Source: an uncultured Spirochaetota bacterium (GTDB lineage Bacteria; Spirochaetota; Spirochaetia; SZUA-6; Fen-1364). From it: a stretch of 64,000 nt of DNA. Position 1 is the first letter of the stretch. Every line of letters starts with the position of its first letter. Location of the stretch: positions 768,001-832,000 of the forward strand of contig CAVTHO010000008.1 of NCBI GenBank assembly GCA_963734545.1, given 5' to 3'. The notes beneath the pieces are model-generated. The model did not search any database. It saw nothing but the letters and a program-made list of their open reading frames with translations, and had not been told where the DNA came from. A program made the translations under genes and the position numbers. Shown here one piece after another: positions 28,423 through 38,253 of this stretch.

Positions 28423-30744
28423 TCACAGCCGTATGACGATGCGATCCGTGTCCTTGTGCGGAGTGATCACGGCTCCCTGAGCCTCCACCAGGAGGGAGCC
28501 GCCTTCTATCCTCACCGTGTCGCGTACATTCCGCAGGCACACGCGCCAGGCCTTCTTCGCGCCGCTCTTCCTGATGGTGATGGCCTGGCCGTCGCGCCGG
28601 ACACTGATCCGTGTCTCTTCATGACCTTCGGAATTGGAGACGACGCCCGCGGCCTCGCGCCCTTCGTCCAGCCCGAATACATGGAAGGTCACGTTGTCGG
28701 CGTGGTCGTAGTCCGGCTTCGTCTCCTCGTGCCCGACCGGGATCACGCTGTGGGGGCGGACCATGAGAGGAACGCTCCTGTAGCCGTGCGTCTCGCTCCT
28801 CCAGCATCCACCCTCCACCGTTTCCCCGGTCAGAAAACTGGTCCAGGTCCCCTTCGGAAGATAATAGGAAACCGCGCCGTCGGCCCTGAAGACGGGGGCC
28901 ACCAGCAGCGAAGGGCCGAGCATGTATTGCCGGTCCAGATACGCGCAGGCCGGATCCTCGGGAAACTCGAGAATCATGGCCCGCATGACGGGGATGCCCT
29001 GGCCCGACGCTTCCGCGGCAGCGGTAAAGAGGTACGGCATCAGGCTGCACTTCAGATGCACAAAAAAGCGCAGGACGTCGACGGATTCCTCGCCGAACAG
29101 CCAGGGCACCCGGTAGGATTCGTTGCCGTGCAGCCGGCTGTGCGAGGAGAGAAGACCGAAAGCAGCCCAGCGGTTGTAGAGATCCGGTGTCGGGGTGTGC
29201 TCGAATCCTCCTATGTCGTGGCTCCAGAACCCGAATCCTGACAGGCCCAGCGACAGCCCCCCCCGCATGCTCTCCGCCATGGACTCGTACGTGGCCGAGG
29301 AGTCACCGCCCCAATGGACCGGGAACTTCTGATTGCCGACAGTGGCCGATCGCGCGAACACGACGGCCTGGTCCCTTCCGCATTCCTCTTCCAGCAGCTC
29401 GAATACCGTGCGGTTGTACAGGTACGTGTAGAAGTTGTGCATTTTCCGGGGGTCGGCGCCGTTGTGGTAGACGACGTCCGTGGGGATACGCTCCCCGAAG
29501 TCGGTCTTGAAGCAGTTCACCCCGGTCCTCACGAGCCTTCTCAGGCAATCCTTGTACCACGTGACGGCGGCAGGGTTGGTGAAATCCACGAGCCCCATGC
29601 CGGCCTGCCACCTGTCCCACTGCCAGACATCCCCCTCCGGCTTTTTCACGAGGAAGCCGCGCGCCACGCCTTCCTCGAACAGCCGGGACTTCTGCGCGAT
29701 GTAGGGATTGATCCAGACGCAGATCCTGAGCCCCTTGCTCTTGAGACGCCGCAGTATCCCTTCGGGGTCGGGGAATTGCTCGCTGTCCCACTCGAAATCG
29801 CACCATTGGAACTCTTTCATCCAGAAACAATCAAAATGGAAGACGTGGAGCGGAATTCGGCGTTCCCTCATTCCGTCTATGAACCGGGTGACCGTTTCTT
29901 CGTCGTAGCTCGTCGTGAAGGAGGTCGTGAGCCAGAGCCCGAAAGACCATGCAGGCGGCAAAGCAGGTCTCCCGGTCAATTCCGTGTAGGTGCGCAGGAC
30001 TTCCTTCGGGGTGGATCCCGCGATGATGTAGTATCTCAGCTCTTCTCCCGGAACGGAGAATTGCGCACGCGACACGACTTCGGAGCCGATCTCGAATGAA
30101 ACCCTCTCGGGGTGCGCCACGAGCACACCGTAGCCGGCGCTCGTCATGTAGAAAGGAATGTTCTTGTAGGCCTGCTCGCTGCTCGTTCCACCGTCCTCGT
30201 TCCACATGTCGACTGCCTGGCCGTTCCTGACGATGGGTGTGAACCGCTCGCCGAGGCCGTACACGCATTCGCCGACACCCAGCGAAAGCTGCTCCCGCAT
30301 GTACCGGGCGCCGTCCGCGTCGATCACGTATCCGGCGTGATTGCTGCCGCTCCCTGTCAGCCGCCGGCCCTCGAACAGGTAGTCGATCCCCCACGCCCCC
30401 TTCGTATTCACCCGCGCGCTCAAACGGCCGCTGGTGAGGCTCACGCTGTCTTCCGCCCGGTCGATGCGCGGCTTCAGCCCCTCGTCGTGTGTCAGCTCGA
30501 ACTCGGGGCCCCTCTTCCGTCCGCCCTCGAAATGGCGGAGATGCACGCAGACCACGTCCCGGATGGGGGCGCTGAGGGTCAGGGTGAGCTGCGGCGTGTT
30601 CAGCGTATCGCCGCGGTGCCGGATCGCCTTGCTGGGCGCGAACACGGTCACCGAATCGATGCCCGTTCGGATGTCCCGGACTTCCACCGGACAGAACAGC
30701 TTCACGCCCTCCCGCAGTCCCCAGTAGCCGCTCGTGAACTTCAT
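28423..30744 (-). CDS. yicI: Alpha-xylosidase (GH31)
   Basis: MKFTSGYW start, HFDCFWM, CFKTDFGERIP, HWGGD, WSHDIGGF, HSRLHG. Confidence 0.93.
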   Translation of the reverse strand: MKFTSGYWGLREGVKLFCPVEVRDIRTGIDSVTVFAPSKAIRHRGDTLNTPQLTLTLSAPIRDVVCVHLRHFEGGRKRGPEFELTHDEGLKPRIDRAEDSVSLTSGRLSARVNTKGAWGIDYLFEGRRLTGSGSNHAGYVIDADGARYMREQLSLGVGECVYGLGERFTPIVRNGQAVDMWNEDGGTSSEQAYKNIPFYMTSAGYGVLVAHPERVSFEIGSEVVSRAQFSVPGEELRYYIIAGSTPKEVLRTYTELTGRPALPPAWSFGLWLTTSFTTSYDEETVTRFIDGMRERRIPLHVFHFDCFWMKEFQWCDFEWDSEQFPDPEGILRRLKSKGLRICVWINPYIAQKSRLFEEGVARGFLVKKPEGDVWQWDRWQAGMGLVDFTNPAAVTWYKDCLRRLVRTGVNCFKTDFGERIPTDVVYHNGADPRKMHNFYTYLYNRTVFELLEEECGRDQAVVFARSATVGNQKFPVHWGGDSSATYESMAESMRGGLSLGLSGFGFWSHDIGGFEHTPTPDLYNRWAAFGLLSSHSRLHGNESYRVPWLFGEESVDVLRFFVHLKCSLMPYLFTAAAEASGQGIPVMRAMILEFPEDPACAYLDRQYMLGPSLLVAPVFRADGAVSYYLPKGTWTSFLTGETVEGGCWRSETHGYRSVPLMVRPHSVIPVGHEETKPDYDHADNVTFHVFGLDEGREAAGVVSNSEGHEETRISVRRDGQAITIRKSGAKKAWRVCLRNVRDTVRIEGGSLLVEAQGAVITPHKDTDRIVIRL

Positions 30745-30745
30745 G

Positions 30746-31573
30746 TCAGGCCTTCACCGCGCCGGCGACCATGCCCTTGATGATGTGCTTCTGCAGGGCA
30801 AGGTAGAATATGATGGCGGGCGTGATGGTCAGAAGCACCCCTGCCATGGCATAGTGCCACTCGATCTTGTACTGCCCGAAAAAGTTGTACGCGGCGAGCT
30901 GGAGGGTCATGTATTTCTTCGCCCCGCTCAGCACGAGCAGGGGCAGAAGGAAGTCATTCCACATCCACATGGCATTGATGACGATCACCGATACCGTCAC
31001 CGGCTTCAGGAGGGGAAATATCACCTGGAAGAATGCCCGCAGGGGCCGGCAGCCGTCGATGAATGCGCAGTCGTCGAGGTCCTTCGGCACTGTCTTGACG
31101 AATCCATGATACATGAAGAGGGAGAGCGGAACCCCGAGGCCCCAGTAGATGACGGCGAGGCCGTACGTGGTGTTGGTCAGGTGGAGGGTCTTGGCGACTT
31201 TCACCAGGGCGATCATGAAGGATTGAAAAGGGATCATGATCGGGGCCACACACAGCAGGAAAACGAGCCAGCTGTACCGGGTCCTTGTCCGGGAGAGCTT
31301 GTAACCCGCCGTCGCGCTCAACAGCACCACGCCGGAGGTTCCCAGGACCGTGACGAGCAGGGTGTTGAAAAAGAGATTCGGATACTTCATGAGGACGAAT
31401 GCGTTCGAGAAGTTCTCCAGCGTCAGGCGCGTGGGCAGGGCCACGACGTTCGCCATGATCTCGGGGAATGTCTTGAGAGAATTGATCACGACGAGTATCA
31501 GGGGGTACAGGTAGATTGCCGCAACGACGAACATCGGAATCGTGAGGAAAAGCCCTGCGCGGGACCGCTTCAT
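30746..31573 (-). CDS. Carbohydrate ABC transporter permease
   Basis: EAA-like loop (LDDCAFIDG), WNDFLLP. Confidence 0.92.
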   Translation of the reverse strand: MKRSRAGLFLTIPMFVVAAIYLYPLILVVINSLKTFPEIMANVVALPTRLTLENFSNAFVLMKYPNLFFNTLLVTVLGTSGVVLLSATAGYKLSRTRTRYSWLVFLLCVAPIMIPFQSFMIALVKVAKTLHLTNTTYGLAVIYWGLGVPLSLFMYHGFVKTVPKDLDDCAFIDGCRPLRAFFQVIFPLLKPVTVSVIVINAMWMWNDFLLPLLVLSGAKKYMTLQLAAYNFFGQYKIEWHYAMAGVLLTITPAIIFYLALQKHIIKGMVAGAVKA

Positions 31574-32454
31574 GCCTCCACCTCCCGGCGCTTGAATCCC
31601 GTGAGCTGGAAAACCGTCACGGTCAGTATCAGGAGGAACAGCACCACCGATTTCGCCGTGCCGTATCCGAACCGGTTGTCGCTGAAGGCCGTCCGGTAGA
31701 TATCGAGCGCGATGCTCATCGTTGCGGTTCCCGGCCCTCCGAAGGTGAGGCTGAAAATCACGTCGAAAGTCTTCAGGGCATTGGAGAGAGAATAGAAAAC
31801 ACACACCGTGATCGAAGGCATGATCAGGGGAAGGATGATCCGGAAGAATCTCCCCACGGTCCCCGCCCCGTCGATCACCGCGGCCTCCAGTTGTTCCCGG
31901 GGCACCGTCTGCAGCCCCGCGATGTAGATCACCATGTAGAAGCCTATGGACTGCCACACGGAAACCATCACGACGCTGAGGAACGCCAGCCTGCCGTCTC
32001 CGAGCCAGCTGAGCTGGAACAGGCCGATGTGCGTCAGGGCGGAGAAGGAATCGAAACCCCGGGAGAAGATGAAGCGCCACACGTAGCCGATGATGATGAG
32101 GCTTATGATATTCGGGATGTAAAACGCCGCGCGCAGGACATTCCTGCCCCGGATGTCGCTGTCAAGGACGACGGCAAGAAGCAGCGCGAGGACATTCGTC
32201 ACCAGGACGGTGACAAGGGTAAAAATGACCGTGAAGACGACGGCGAGCAGGAGGTCCCGGTCATTCGTGAGCAGCTCGCGGTAGTTGGCAAGACCGATCC
32301 ATTTCGGCACCTTGTCGAGACCGTTCCACCGGGTGAATGAATACATCACGCTCATGAGAAAGGGGATTTCCACGAAAGCCAGGATGGCGATGACGGCGGG
32401 CCCCGTCATTCCAAGGAACTCCAGGGCCCGCCTCAGGTGCTTACTTCGATGCAT
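31570..32454 (-). CDS. Carbohydrate ABC transporter permease
   Basis: EAAVIDGA, GGPG, GYGTA. Confidence 0.92.
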   Translation of the reverse strand: MHRSKHLRRALEFLGMTGPAVIAILAFVEIPFLMSVMYSFTRWNGLDKVPKWIGLANYRELLTNDRDLLLAVVFTVIFTLVTVLVTNVLALLLAVVLDSDIRGRNVLRAAFYIPNIISLIIIGYVWRFIFSRGFDSFSALTHIGLFQLSWLGDGRLAFLSVVMVSVWQSIGFYMVIYIAGLQTVPREQLEAAVIDGAGTVGRFFRIILPLIMPSITVCVFYSLSNALKTFDVIFSLTFGGPGTATMSIALDIYRTAFSDNRFGYGTAKSVVLFLLILTVTVFQLTGFKRREVEA

Positions 32455-33676
32455 TCACGATCTTCGTGTAGCTCGCGTCGAGCGCGGCGAGCGTCTGCTG
32501 CCTGTTCGTCTGTCCGGCGCAGTATCCCTGGAGGATGATGCCCAGTCCCTGCTCCGTGCCGGTGGGGAACCGCTGATAGTACCAGGAGTAGCTGGGCGTC
32601 TTCTTCGCCAGCAGGGCAACGGTCGCCTGCGCCAGCTCGGCCGTGGAGGCCTTTGCGCCGATGATGGGTGAAAGCTGCTTGATCTTGTCCGGGATCCACT
32701 TCTTCCCGTACTCCGACGTGGTCAGCCAGCGCAGCCACGCGAGCGCGGCCTTCACGTTCTTCCCGTCCTTCGCGACGCGGATCGTCTGGTTCGAATCGAA
32801 CATGATGCCCGCCTTGTCCGCCGCATTCCCCGTCGGGCCGAGCAGGAAGCCGATGTCGATATTCGGGCTGGTCTTGCGGATCGAGTCCTCCGCCCAGTTG
32901 CCCTGGTGGATCATGGCAACCTTGCCCGTGGCAATCAGGGAGCACTGGTCATTGAAGTCCGACTCCAGCGGCTTCGGGCCGCCGTACTTCTTGATGAGGT
33001 CCAGCACGTCGAACACATTGCTCATTTCCCTGATATTCGCGAATTTCAGCGTTCCGGCGTTCATTCGGTCCACGAACTTCGCGTAGTCCCCGCTGTAGGC
33101 GTCCTTGATGGGGGCGAGGACCTGCCAGGCGGTCTGGGGGAGCACCCACCACTCCTTGAACCCGGTCGCAAAGGGCTGAATCCCTTTTGCCTGCAATTTC
33201 TGGCAGACAGCCTCATATTCCTTGATCGTCCGGGGCAGGGTGGTGATACCCGCATCGGCGAAAATCTTCTTGTTGTAGATGAATGAGTGCGACTGCACGA
33301 GGAACGGATATCCGATCACCTTCCCGTTCACCGTCACGCCGGTCAGGGCCGTCGGTTCCAGCGCTTTCATGAAATCTTCATTCGTCAGGTCATACACGTA
33401 GTCCTTGTACGTGTCGTTGTCCGCGTATGCGCTGCTCATGAAGACATCCGGAATGTCTCCCGAATTGAGCTTGGCGCGGAGGACGGTGACATAGTCGTTC
33501 TGCAGAACAGTCAGGTCGAGGGTCGTTCCGGTTTCCGCCAGGTACTGCTTGGCCATGTCATTGTACTGGTCGATCAGCTCGGGACTGTAGAAAAACAGCT
33601 TGAGCGTGACTCCCTGACCCATGGCAAGCGCCGTCACGAGCACAAGGAGTGAGAGCATGAGAAAGGTCTTCTTCAT
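32441..33676 (-). CDS. Carbohydrate ABC transporter substrate-binding protein
   Basis: AGGAGG RBS, signal peptide, PDVF, YNKKIF..AG, GKVAM. Confidence 0.9.
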   Translation of the reverse strand: MKKTFLMLSLLVLVTALAMGQGVTLKLFFYSPELIDQYNDMAKQYLAETGTTLDLTVLQNDYVTVLRAKLNSGDIPDVFMSSAYADNDTYKDYVYDLTNEDFMKALEPTALTGVTVNGKVIGYPFLVQSHSFIYNKKIFADAGITTLPRTIKEYEAVCQKLQAKGIQPFATGFKEWWVLPQTAWQVLAPIKDAYSGDYAKFVDRMNAGTLKFANIREMSNVFDVLDLIKKYGGPKPLESDFNDQCSLIATGKVAMIHQGNWAEDSIRKTSPNIDIGFLLGPTGNAADKAGIMFDSNQTIRVAKDGKNVKAALAWLRWLTTSEYGKKWIPDKIKQLSPIIGAKASTAELAQATVALLAKKTPSYSWYYQRFPTGTEQGLGIILQGYCAGQTNRQQTLAALDASYTKIVNASK

Positions 33677-33719
33677 TTCCTGCCTCCTTCTGGGGATAGA
33701 GCCGGGGCTTCGCCCCGGA

Positions 33720-33757
33720 TATGATGCACGTTTATCATACCGGAGGGTCCCTGTCAA
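33720..33757 (-). promoter_or_regulatory. Promoter of the sugar ABC operon overlapped by a LacI-type operator
   Basis: TTGACA-17-TAAACG on minus strand; palindrome TATGATGCAC|GTTTATCATA (33720-33739) with central CG. Confidence 0.65.
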
Positions 33758-33808
33758 CTGAAAATGCCCTATTCATGATGACGGGTTTTGGCTATGCCTT
33801 ATGTCGGC

Positions 33809-34909
33809 ATGGGTGGCTTTGTCACGCAACAGGATATCGCGGATGCCCTCGGCATCTCCCTCATCACGGTTCATCGGGCACTGAACAGCTCGGGCTACGT
33901 GTCCAAGAAGCTCAAGGCACGGATCCTCGCCTATGCCAAGAAGGTCACCTATGTCCCCCACAAGGCCTCGCAGATACTGAAGAGGAACAAGGTCCGCAAG
34001 GTCGCCGTGTTTTCGTCCACCCTGCCCCGCTATTTCTGGAATGACATCAGGACGGGAATCACGATCGGCTCGGAGCAGGTGCAGCCCTTCAACTACCAGG
34101 TGCGCTATCACATGATCCCGGAGAGAAACTCCCGGCTCTATCTCGCGCGGCTGAAGTCCGCGGTCGCGGAGGGCGTGGAGGCGGTCGCTTTCGTCAATCA
34201 GTGGATCTATGACATGAAATCGATCATTGCCTACATCGATCGGGTCGGAATTCCCTATCTCACGCTGAATGTCGATGCCCCGAACAGCCGCCGCGTCTGT
34301 TACATCGGCCCTGACTACCGAGCCGGGGGCAGATTGGCTGCCGAGTATATCGGCAAGACGCTTCTGTTCCGGAAGAACCCGCGCGTGCTCGTGATCACGG
34401 CGCGCAGGGAGGGGATCACAGGGTCCCACGCTCCCGACATCAACAATCTCCGATATGAGGGTTTCCTGGCAGTTCTCCAGAAAAGCCTCGGCCGCATACA
34501 CCATGAAGTGGGATACCTGACCTCGGAGATGCGCTCGAAGGAAGTTGGCAGCCAGATCCAGGAGCTCCTGAATTCCGCCCGGGGCAACGTGGACGCGATC
34601 TATCTCATTGCAGCCTACAATGCGCAATTCATACAGGCCCTGGAGCAAAGCCCGCGTCCCCGGACACTTGTCGTTCTCCATGATCTGGATCCTTCGTCGA
34701 ATCACTACCTGGAAAAGAATCCGCTCGCCGCCGTCATCTACCAGAATCCCATTCTCCAGGGCTACTATGCGGTCAAGATACTGGAGAACATGCTCGAATC
34801 GGGTCATCCACCGGACATCCGGCAGATCAACATCGTGCACAGCATCATCCTGAACGAAAACAAGGACCTGTACAGGAATCACTACCTCTTCACGAAGATG
34901 ATCGATTGA
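33809..34909 (+). CDS. LacI family transcriptional regulator
   Basis: TQQDIADALGISLITVHRALN HTH plus periplasmic-binding-fold domain; divergent from sugar operon. Confidence 0.92.
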   Translation: MGGFVTQQDIADALGISLITVHRALNSSGYVSKKLKARILAYAKKVTYVPHKASQILKRNKVRKVAVFSSTLPRYFWNDIRTGITIGSEQVQPFNYQVRYHMIPERNSRLYLARLKSAVAEGVEAVAFVNQWIYDMKSIIAYIDRVGIPYLTLNVDAPNSRRVCYIGPDYRAGGRLAAEYIGKTLLFRKNPRVLVITARREGITGSHAPDINNLRYEGFLAVLQKSLGRIHHEVGYLTSEMRSKEVGSQIQELLNSARGNVDAIYLIAAYNAQFIQALEQSPRPRTLVVLHDLDPSSNHYLEKNPLAAVIYQNPILQGYYAVKILENMLESGHPPDIRQINIVHSIILNENKDLYRNHYLFTKMID

Positions 34910-34917
34910 GGTGCCGT

Positions 34918-35111
34918 ATGGAGCTGATGGAAGCGATTTCCCAAAGGCGCAGCATCCGCAGGTTCAAGGATACGCCGGTGCCACGCGAGCTGGTCGAGGA
35001 GGTCCTTGCCGCTGCCGTGCGCGCGCCATCGGCAAAGAACTCCCAGCCATGGCGGCCGCGCGGCCCCGCACGCCCTGGCAGGAGCTGACGATGTGGCGGG
35101 AGGAAGAGTAG
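34918..35111 (+). pseudogene. Nitroreductase pseudogene with a large internal deletion
   Basis: RRSIRRF..APSAKNSQPW followed at once, in another frame, by a C-terminal-type ARPRTPWQELTMW-stop. Confidence 0.75.
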
Positions 35112-35152
35112 CAGGGATGGCCCCCGGGGGCCGATTCTGATATGATGGGCTC

Positions 35153-35431
35153 ATGGAATGGCGTGCAAGTCACATACTGGTAAGAGACAAGCGTCTGGCC
35201 GACGAGCTCTTGAAAAAAATCAAGCTCGGCGCGGGCTTCGAAGCAATGGCCCGGGATCATTCCACCTGCCCGTCGAAATCCCGGGGTGGAGACCTGGGAT
35301 GGTTCGGGCCCGGCAAGATGGTGCCGGCATTCGAAGAGGCCTGCAAGAGGCTCTCATCGGGATCCCTCAGCGACATAGTCTCCACGTCGTTCGGCTATCA
35401 CATCATCAAGCTCACCGGCCGCAAGGAGTAG
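35153..35431 (+). CDS. ppiC: Parvulin-type peptidyl-prolyl isomerase
   Basis: ASHILV, HSTCPS, GGDLGWF, MVPAFE, FGYHIIK. Confidence 0.92.
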   Translation: MEWRASHILVRDKRLADELLKKIKLGAGFEAMARDHSTCPSKSRGGDLGWFGPGKMVPAFEEACKRLSSGSLSDIVSTSFGYHIIKLTGRKE

Positions 35432-35510
35432 CCAGGCCTCCACGGCCGCGGCCGAGAGCTGCATACCACGCGGGACGCGCCCATGGTATAATCAGGGGAA
35501 GGAGCGAGAA

Positions 35511-35834
35511 ATGACGTTCGCAGAGAAGATGCAGGGCATAATCAACAAGGGCGTGGCGGCAACGAAGGACCTGGCAAGCAAGGCCGGCGAGAAGGCAAAA
35601 GACCTCGGCGCCAAAGGCATGGTCAAGGTGGAAATCATGCAGCTGGAGTCTCACGCGGAAAAGGTCATTGCCCGGCTCGGCAACGAAGTCTACAGGGCCC
35701 TTGTCGAGAAGAACGGCACCTCGGTGAGCCGGGATACTCCGCTGATCAGCGACATGCTCAAGGAAATCGAGGACCTCCGCGCAAAGATCGAGGTGAAGGA
35801 AAAGGAGTACCATTCGATCGGCGGCAAGGAATAG
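35511..35834 (+). CDS. Hypothetical coiled-coil protein
   Basis: TGG-TATAAT promoter, AAGGAG RBS, helical 107-aa ORF. Confidence 0.8.
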   Translation: MTFAEKMQGIINKGVAATKDLASKAGEKAKDLGAKGMVKVEIMQLESHAEKVIARLGNEVYRALVEKNGTSVSRDTPLISDMLKEIEDLRAKIEVKEKEYHSIGGKE

Positions 35835-35895
35835 GAGCGCCTCGCGGGTTTCTCTCCGTCCGGCGCCCCGCGCCTCTTCTGAAGGGCCACGCGGC

Positions 35896-37134
35896 CTACA
35901 TCGAAGCCTTCACCACGACAACGGCCTGCATGGAGGGATGTATTTCGCAATGGTAGGAGTACGTCCCTGCCGCATTGAACGTCATTGAGAAGCTGCCGCC
36001 GGGGGCGATATCTCCTGAGCGCCAGAGCCCCGTGTCACTGGTCACCGTGTGCGGCACCGAGTCCGTATTTGTCCAGGTAACGGCCTGACCCGCCGCCACA
36101 GTGATCGTGTCTTCGAATGCAAATCCTGAAATGCGTGTCCGCGCGGTTCCGGCACGCGACATCGACGCTGCCGGCCCGGAGGGCTGGATGACGATCTTGC
36201 GCGGCGCGTTGCCCACCGGGACGGTCCCGATCACCGACAGGGTGGCCAGATTCACGACCGAGACATCGTTGGAGCCCTCGTTGGTCACGTAGGCCGTGCG
36301 CCCGTCCGCGGCCAGCGCGATCCAATGCGGCAGCGTGCCGACCTTCACATCTGCCCGCACCGTGTCGCCGGCAGGGTCGATGACGTACAGCGCGCCGGGG
36401 CCCTGGCTCACGACCAGCGCGGTGGCGCCGTCCGGAGAGAAAAGCGGGAGATGGGGGGACGCGCCCACGGGCACCTGGCGCGCAATCGTATTGCTCGCCG
36501 TGTCGAGCACCTGCACCGAATCCGAGCCTGCCAGCGTGAAGTAGAGCTTCTTCCCATCCGGACTGAGGTTCAGCGCCCGCGGCGTCTTGTCCAGGGGCAC
36601 GGCCCCCTTCTGACGCATGCGAGGTATGTCCAGAATGACGAGCGCGAGGGCGCCCTTGCCCTGCGCCGCAACGTAGGCGGTGCCGCCGTCCGGGCTGATG
36701 GCGATATTGTGGGGGCTCGCCACGGGTAATGCGCCGACCACGGTGTTGCTCGCCGTGTCGATGAAAGCGACCTGGCCGGCTCCGAAGACAGCGGCCAGCA
36801 GCGTCCTTCCATCCGGGGTCATGGCAAGGCCGTGAGGAGACTTGCCGACCTCGATCGTCGTGACGACGGCGTCGGTTGCCGTGTCGATGACGCTCACCTT
36901 CGTGTCCCCGTCACTGCTGGCGTAGACGCTCTTCCCGCTGGGAGTGATGGCAAGACCATGGGGCCCGGTCGGTATGGGAATCGTGCGGAGAAGCCGGTTG
37001 GTCGCCGTGTCGAGCACGGCAACAGCGTTGTCCTTGAAGAGGCCTACGTACGCCTTCGCTCCTGCCGCGAAGGACGCGGTTGCCGCAAGTACCGCAAGCA
37101 CCAGGAAAATGAAGAATATCCTTGAGGATCTCAT
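35896..37134 (-). CDS. Secreted YncE/YVTN beta-propeller protein with C-terminal cupredoxin domain
   Basis: Signal peptide, repeated PHG/SPDG..YV repeats, HTVT...YHCEIHPSM type-1 copper ligands. Confidence 0.88.
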   Translation of the reverse strand: MRSSRIFFIFLVLAVLAATASFAAGAKAYVGLFKDNAVAVLDTATNRLLRTIPIPTGPHGLAITPSGKSVYASSDGDTKVSVIDTATDAVVTTIEVGKSPHGLAMTPDGRTLLAAVFGAGQVAFIDTASNTVVGALPVASPHNIAISPDGGTAYVAAQGKGALALVILDIPRMRQKGAVPLDKTPRALNLSPDGKKLYFTLAGSDSVQVLDTASNTIARQVPVGASPHLPLFSPDGATALVVSQGPGALYVIDPAGDTVRADVKVGTLPHWIALAADGRTAYVTNEGSNDVSVVNLATLSVIGTVPVGNAPRKIVIQPSGPAASMSRAGTARTRISGFAFEDTITVAAGQAVTWTNTDSVPHTVTSDTGLWRSGDIAPGGSFSMTFNAAGTYSYHCEIHPSMQAVVVVKASM

Positions 37135-37178
37135 TCGATCCGCTCCTTTCTGTGACCGCGTATCCGCGGTGCGAGTCC

Positions 37179-38219
37179 CTATTGTGCCCGCCACCTGATG
37201 ACCTCGGGGCCGGCGGGGACGGGACTCCCTCCCGCCGGCTCCTGCGTCACTTTCACTTCCTCGGGAAGCTCCATGAACGCCTTCCCTTCGGCGACGAGCA
37301 GCCCCTCCCCCTCCGAGTCCGGAGTGAAAGTACCCATGGTGGTCCACGCGCCCCGGTGAAGGACCCAGGCCTGGTACGTCCTTCCTGATGGTGCCGGGGC
37401 GAAATTGTGCAGGGCAATGATGCCCAGCGGGGTCCCCGGCCTGCCGCGGTACGAGCCGTGCGTGGCGGCCGGCACGCCGGGAGCTGCCGGTATGTGCTGG
37501 GTGGTGATGTCGCTTGCCGTGGCCATGGAAAGCGCGCGCTCATGACGCTGCGCCACGATGCGCTGCTGGTTGAACCTCACACCGGCGCCGAAAAGGAGGG
37601 CGAGGGCCACCGCGGCCACGCCGAGGGGCGCCAGGATGTAGCGCAGCTTCTGCACGCCTGCCCGGATACGTGTCTTCACGGTGCCCAGGGGAAGATTCAG
37701 CGCAACAGCCACCTGGTCGTGCGTAAGCTCATCGAAAAACGCAAGGCTCAATGCCTGGCGCTGCGCGGGGGGCAGGCGTTCCACCGCCGCGCGGACGGCT
37801 TCCTGCCTGTACGCCTGCCACGCTGCTTCAACCGGTTCCGCGGTAGTGTCGGGAAGCTCGTCCACCACCTCCGCGGTCACCTCCGGGTCCAGCCGCGGCC
37901 TGCGGCTGCGGGCGCGAAGCTCATTGAGGATTCGAAAATGGGCGATCTGCAGAAGCCAGGGCCGAAGCGCGCCTCTTCTCGGATCATAGGTGTCCGCCTT
38001 GCGCCAGACCGCAAGGAACACGTCCTGCACGATATCCTCAGCGGATCCGGGATCGAGGCTCTGGGAGGCGATGTGGAAGACAAGGGGCGCGTAGCGCGCA
38101 AAGAGCGGCTGGAGCGCCCCCGGGCTCCTGCGGGCGAGCGCCTGCATGAGCTTCTCGTCGCTCGGGTCTGCCTCAGGGGACGTGAGGGGAGGTGTTTTCA
38201 TTGCCTGCATTCCATTCAC
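37179..38219 (-). CDS. ECF sigma factor fused to a TM helix and an RskA-like anti-sigma C-terminal domain
   Basis: AEDIVQDVFLAVWR, LPLGTVKTRIR, hydrophobic LGVAAVALALLFG, then YQAW..G.F..VTQEPAGGSPVP.GP. Confidence 0.85.
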   Translation of the reverse strand: MNGMQAMKTPPLTSPEADPSDEKLMQALARRSPGALQPLFARYAPLVFHIASQSLDPGSAEDIVQDVFLAVWRKADTYDPRRGALRPWLLQIAHFRILNELRARSRRPRLDPEVTAEVVDELPDTTAEPVEAAWQAYRQEAVRAAVERLPPAQRQALSLAFFDELTHDQVAVALNLPLGTVKTRIRAGVQKLRYILAPLGVAAVALALLFGAGVRFNQQRIVAQRHERALSMATASDITTQHIPAAPGVPAATHGSYRGRPGTPLGIIALHNFAPAPSGRTYQAWVLHRGAWTTMGTFTPDSEGEGLLVAEGKAFMELPEEVKVTQEPAGGSPVPAGPEVIRWRAQ

Positions 38220-38253
38220 GTAAAGTTACTACACCGGAGAGGCGCTGTTGGAT

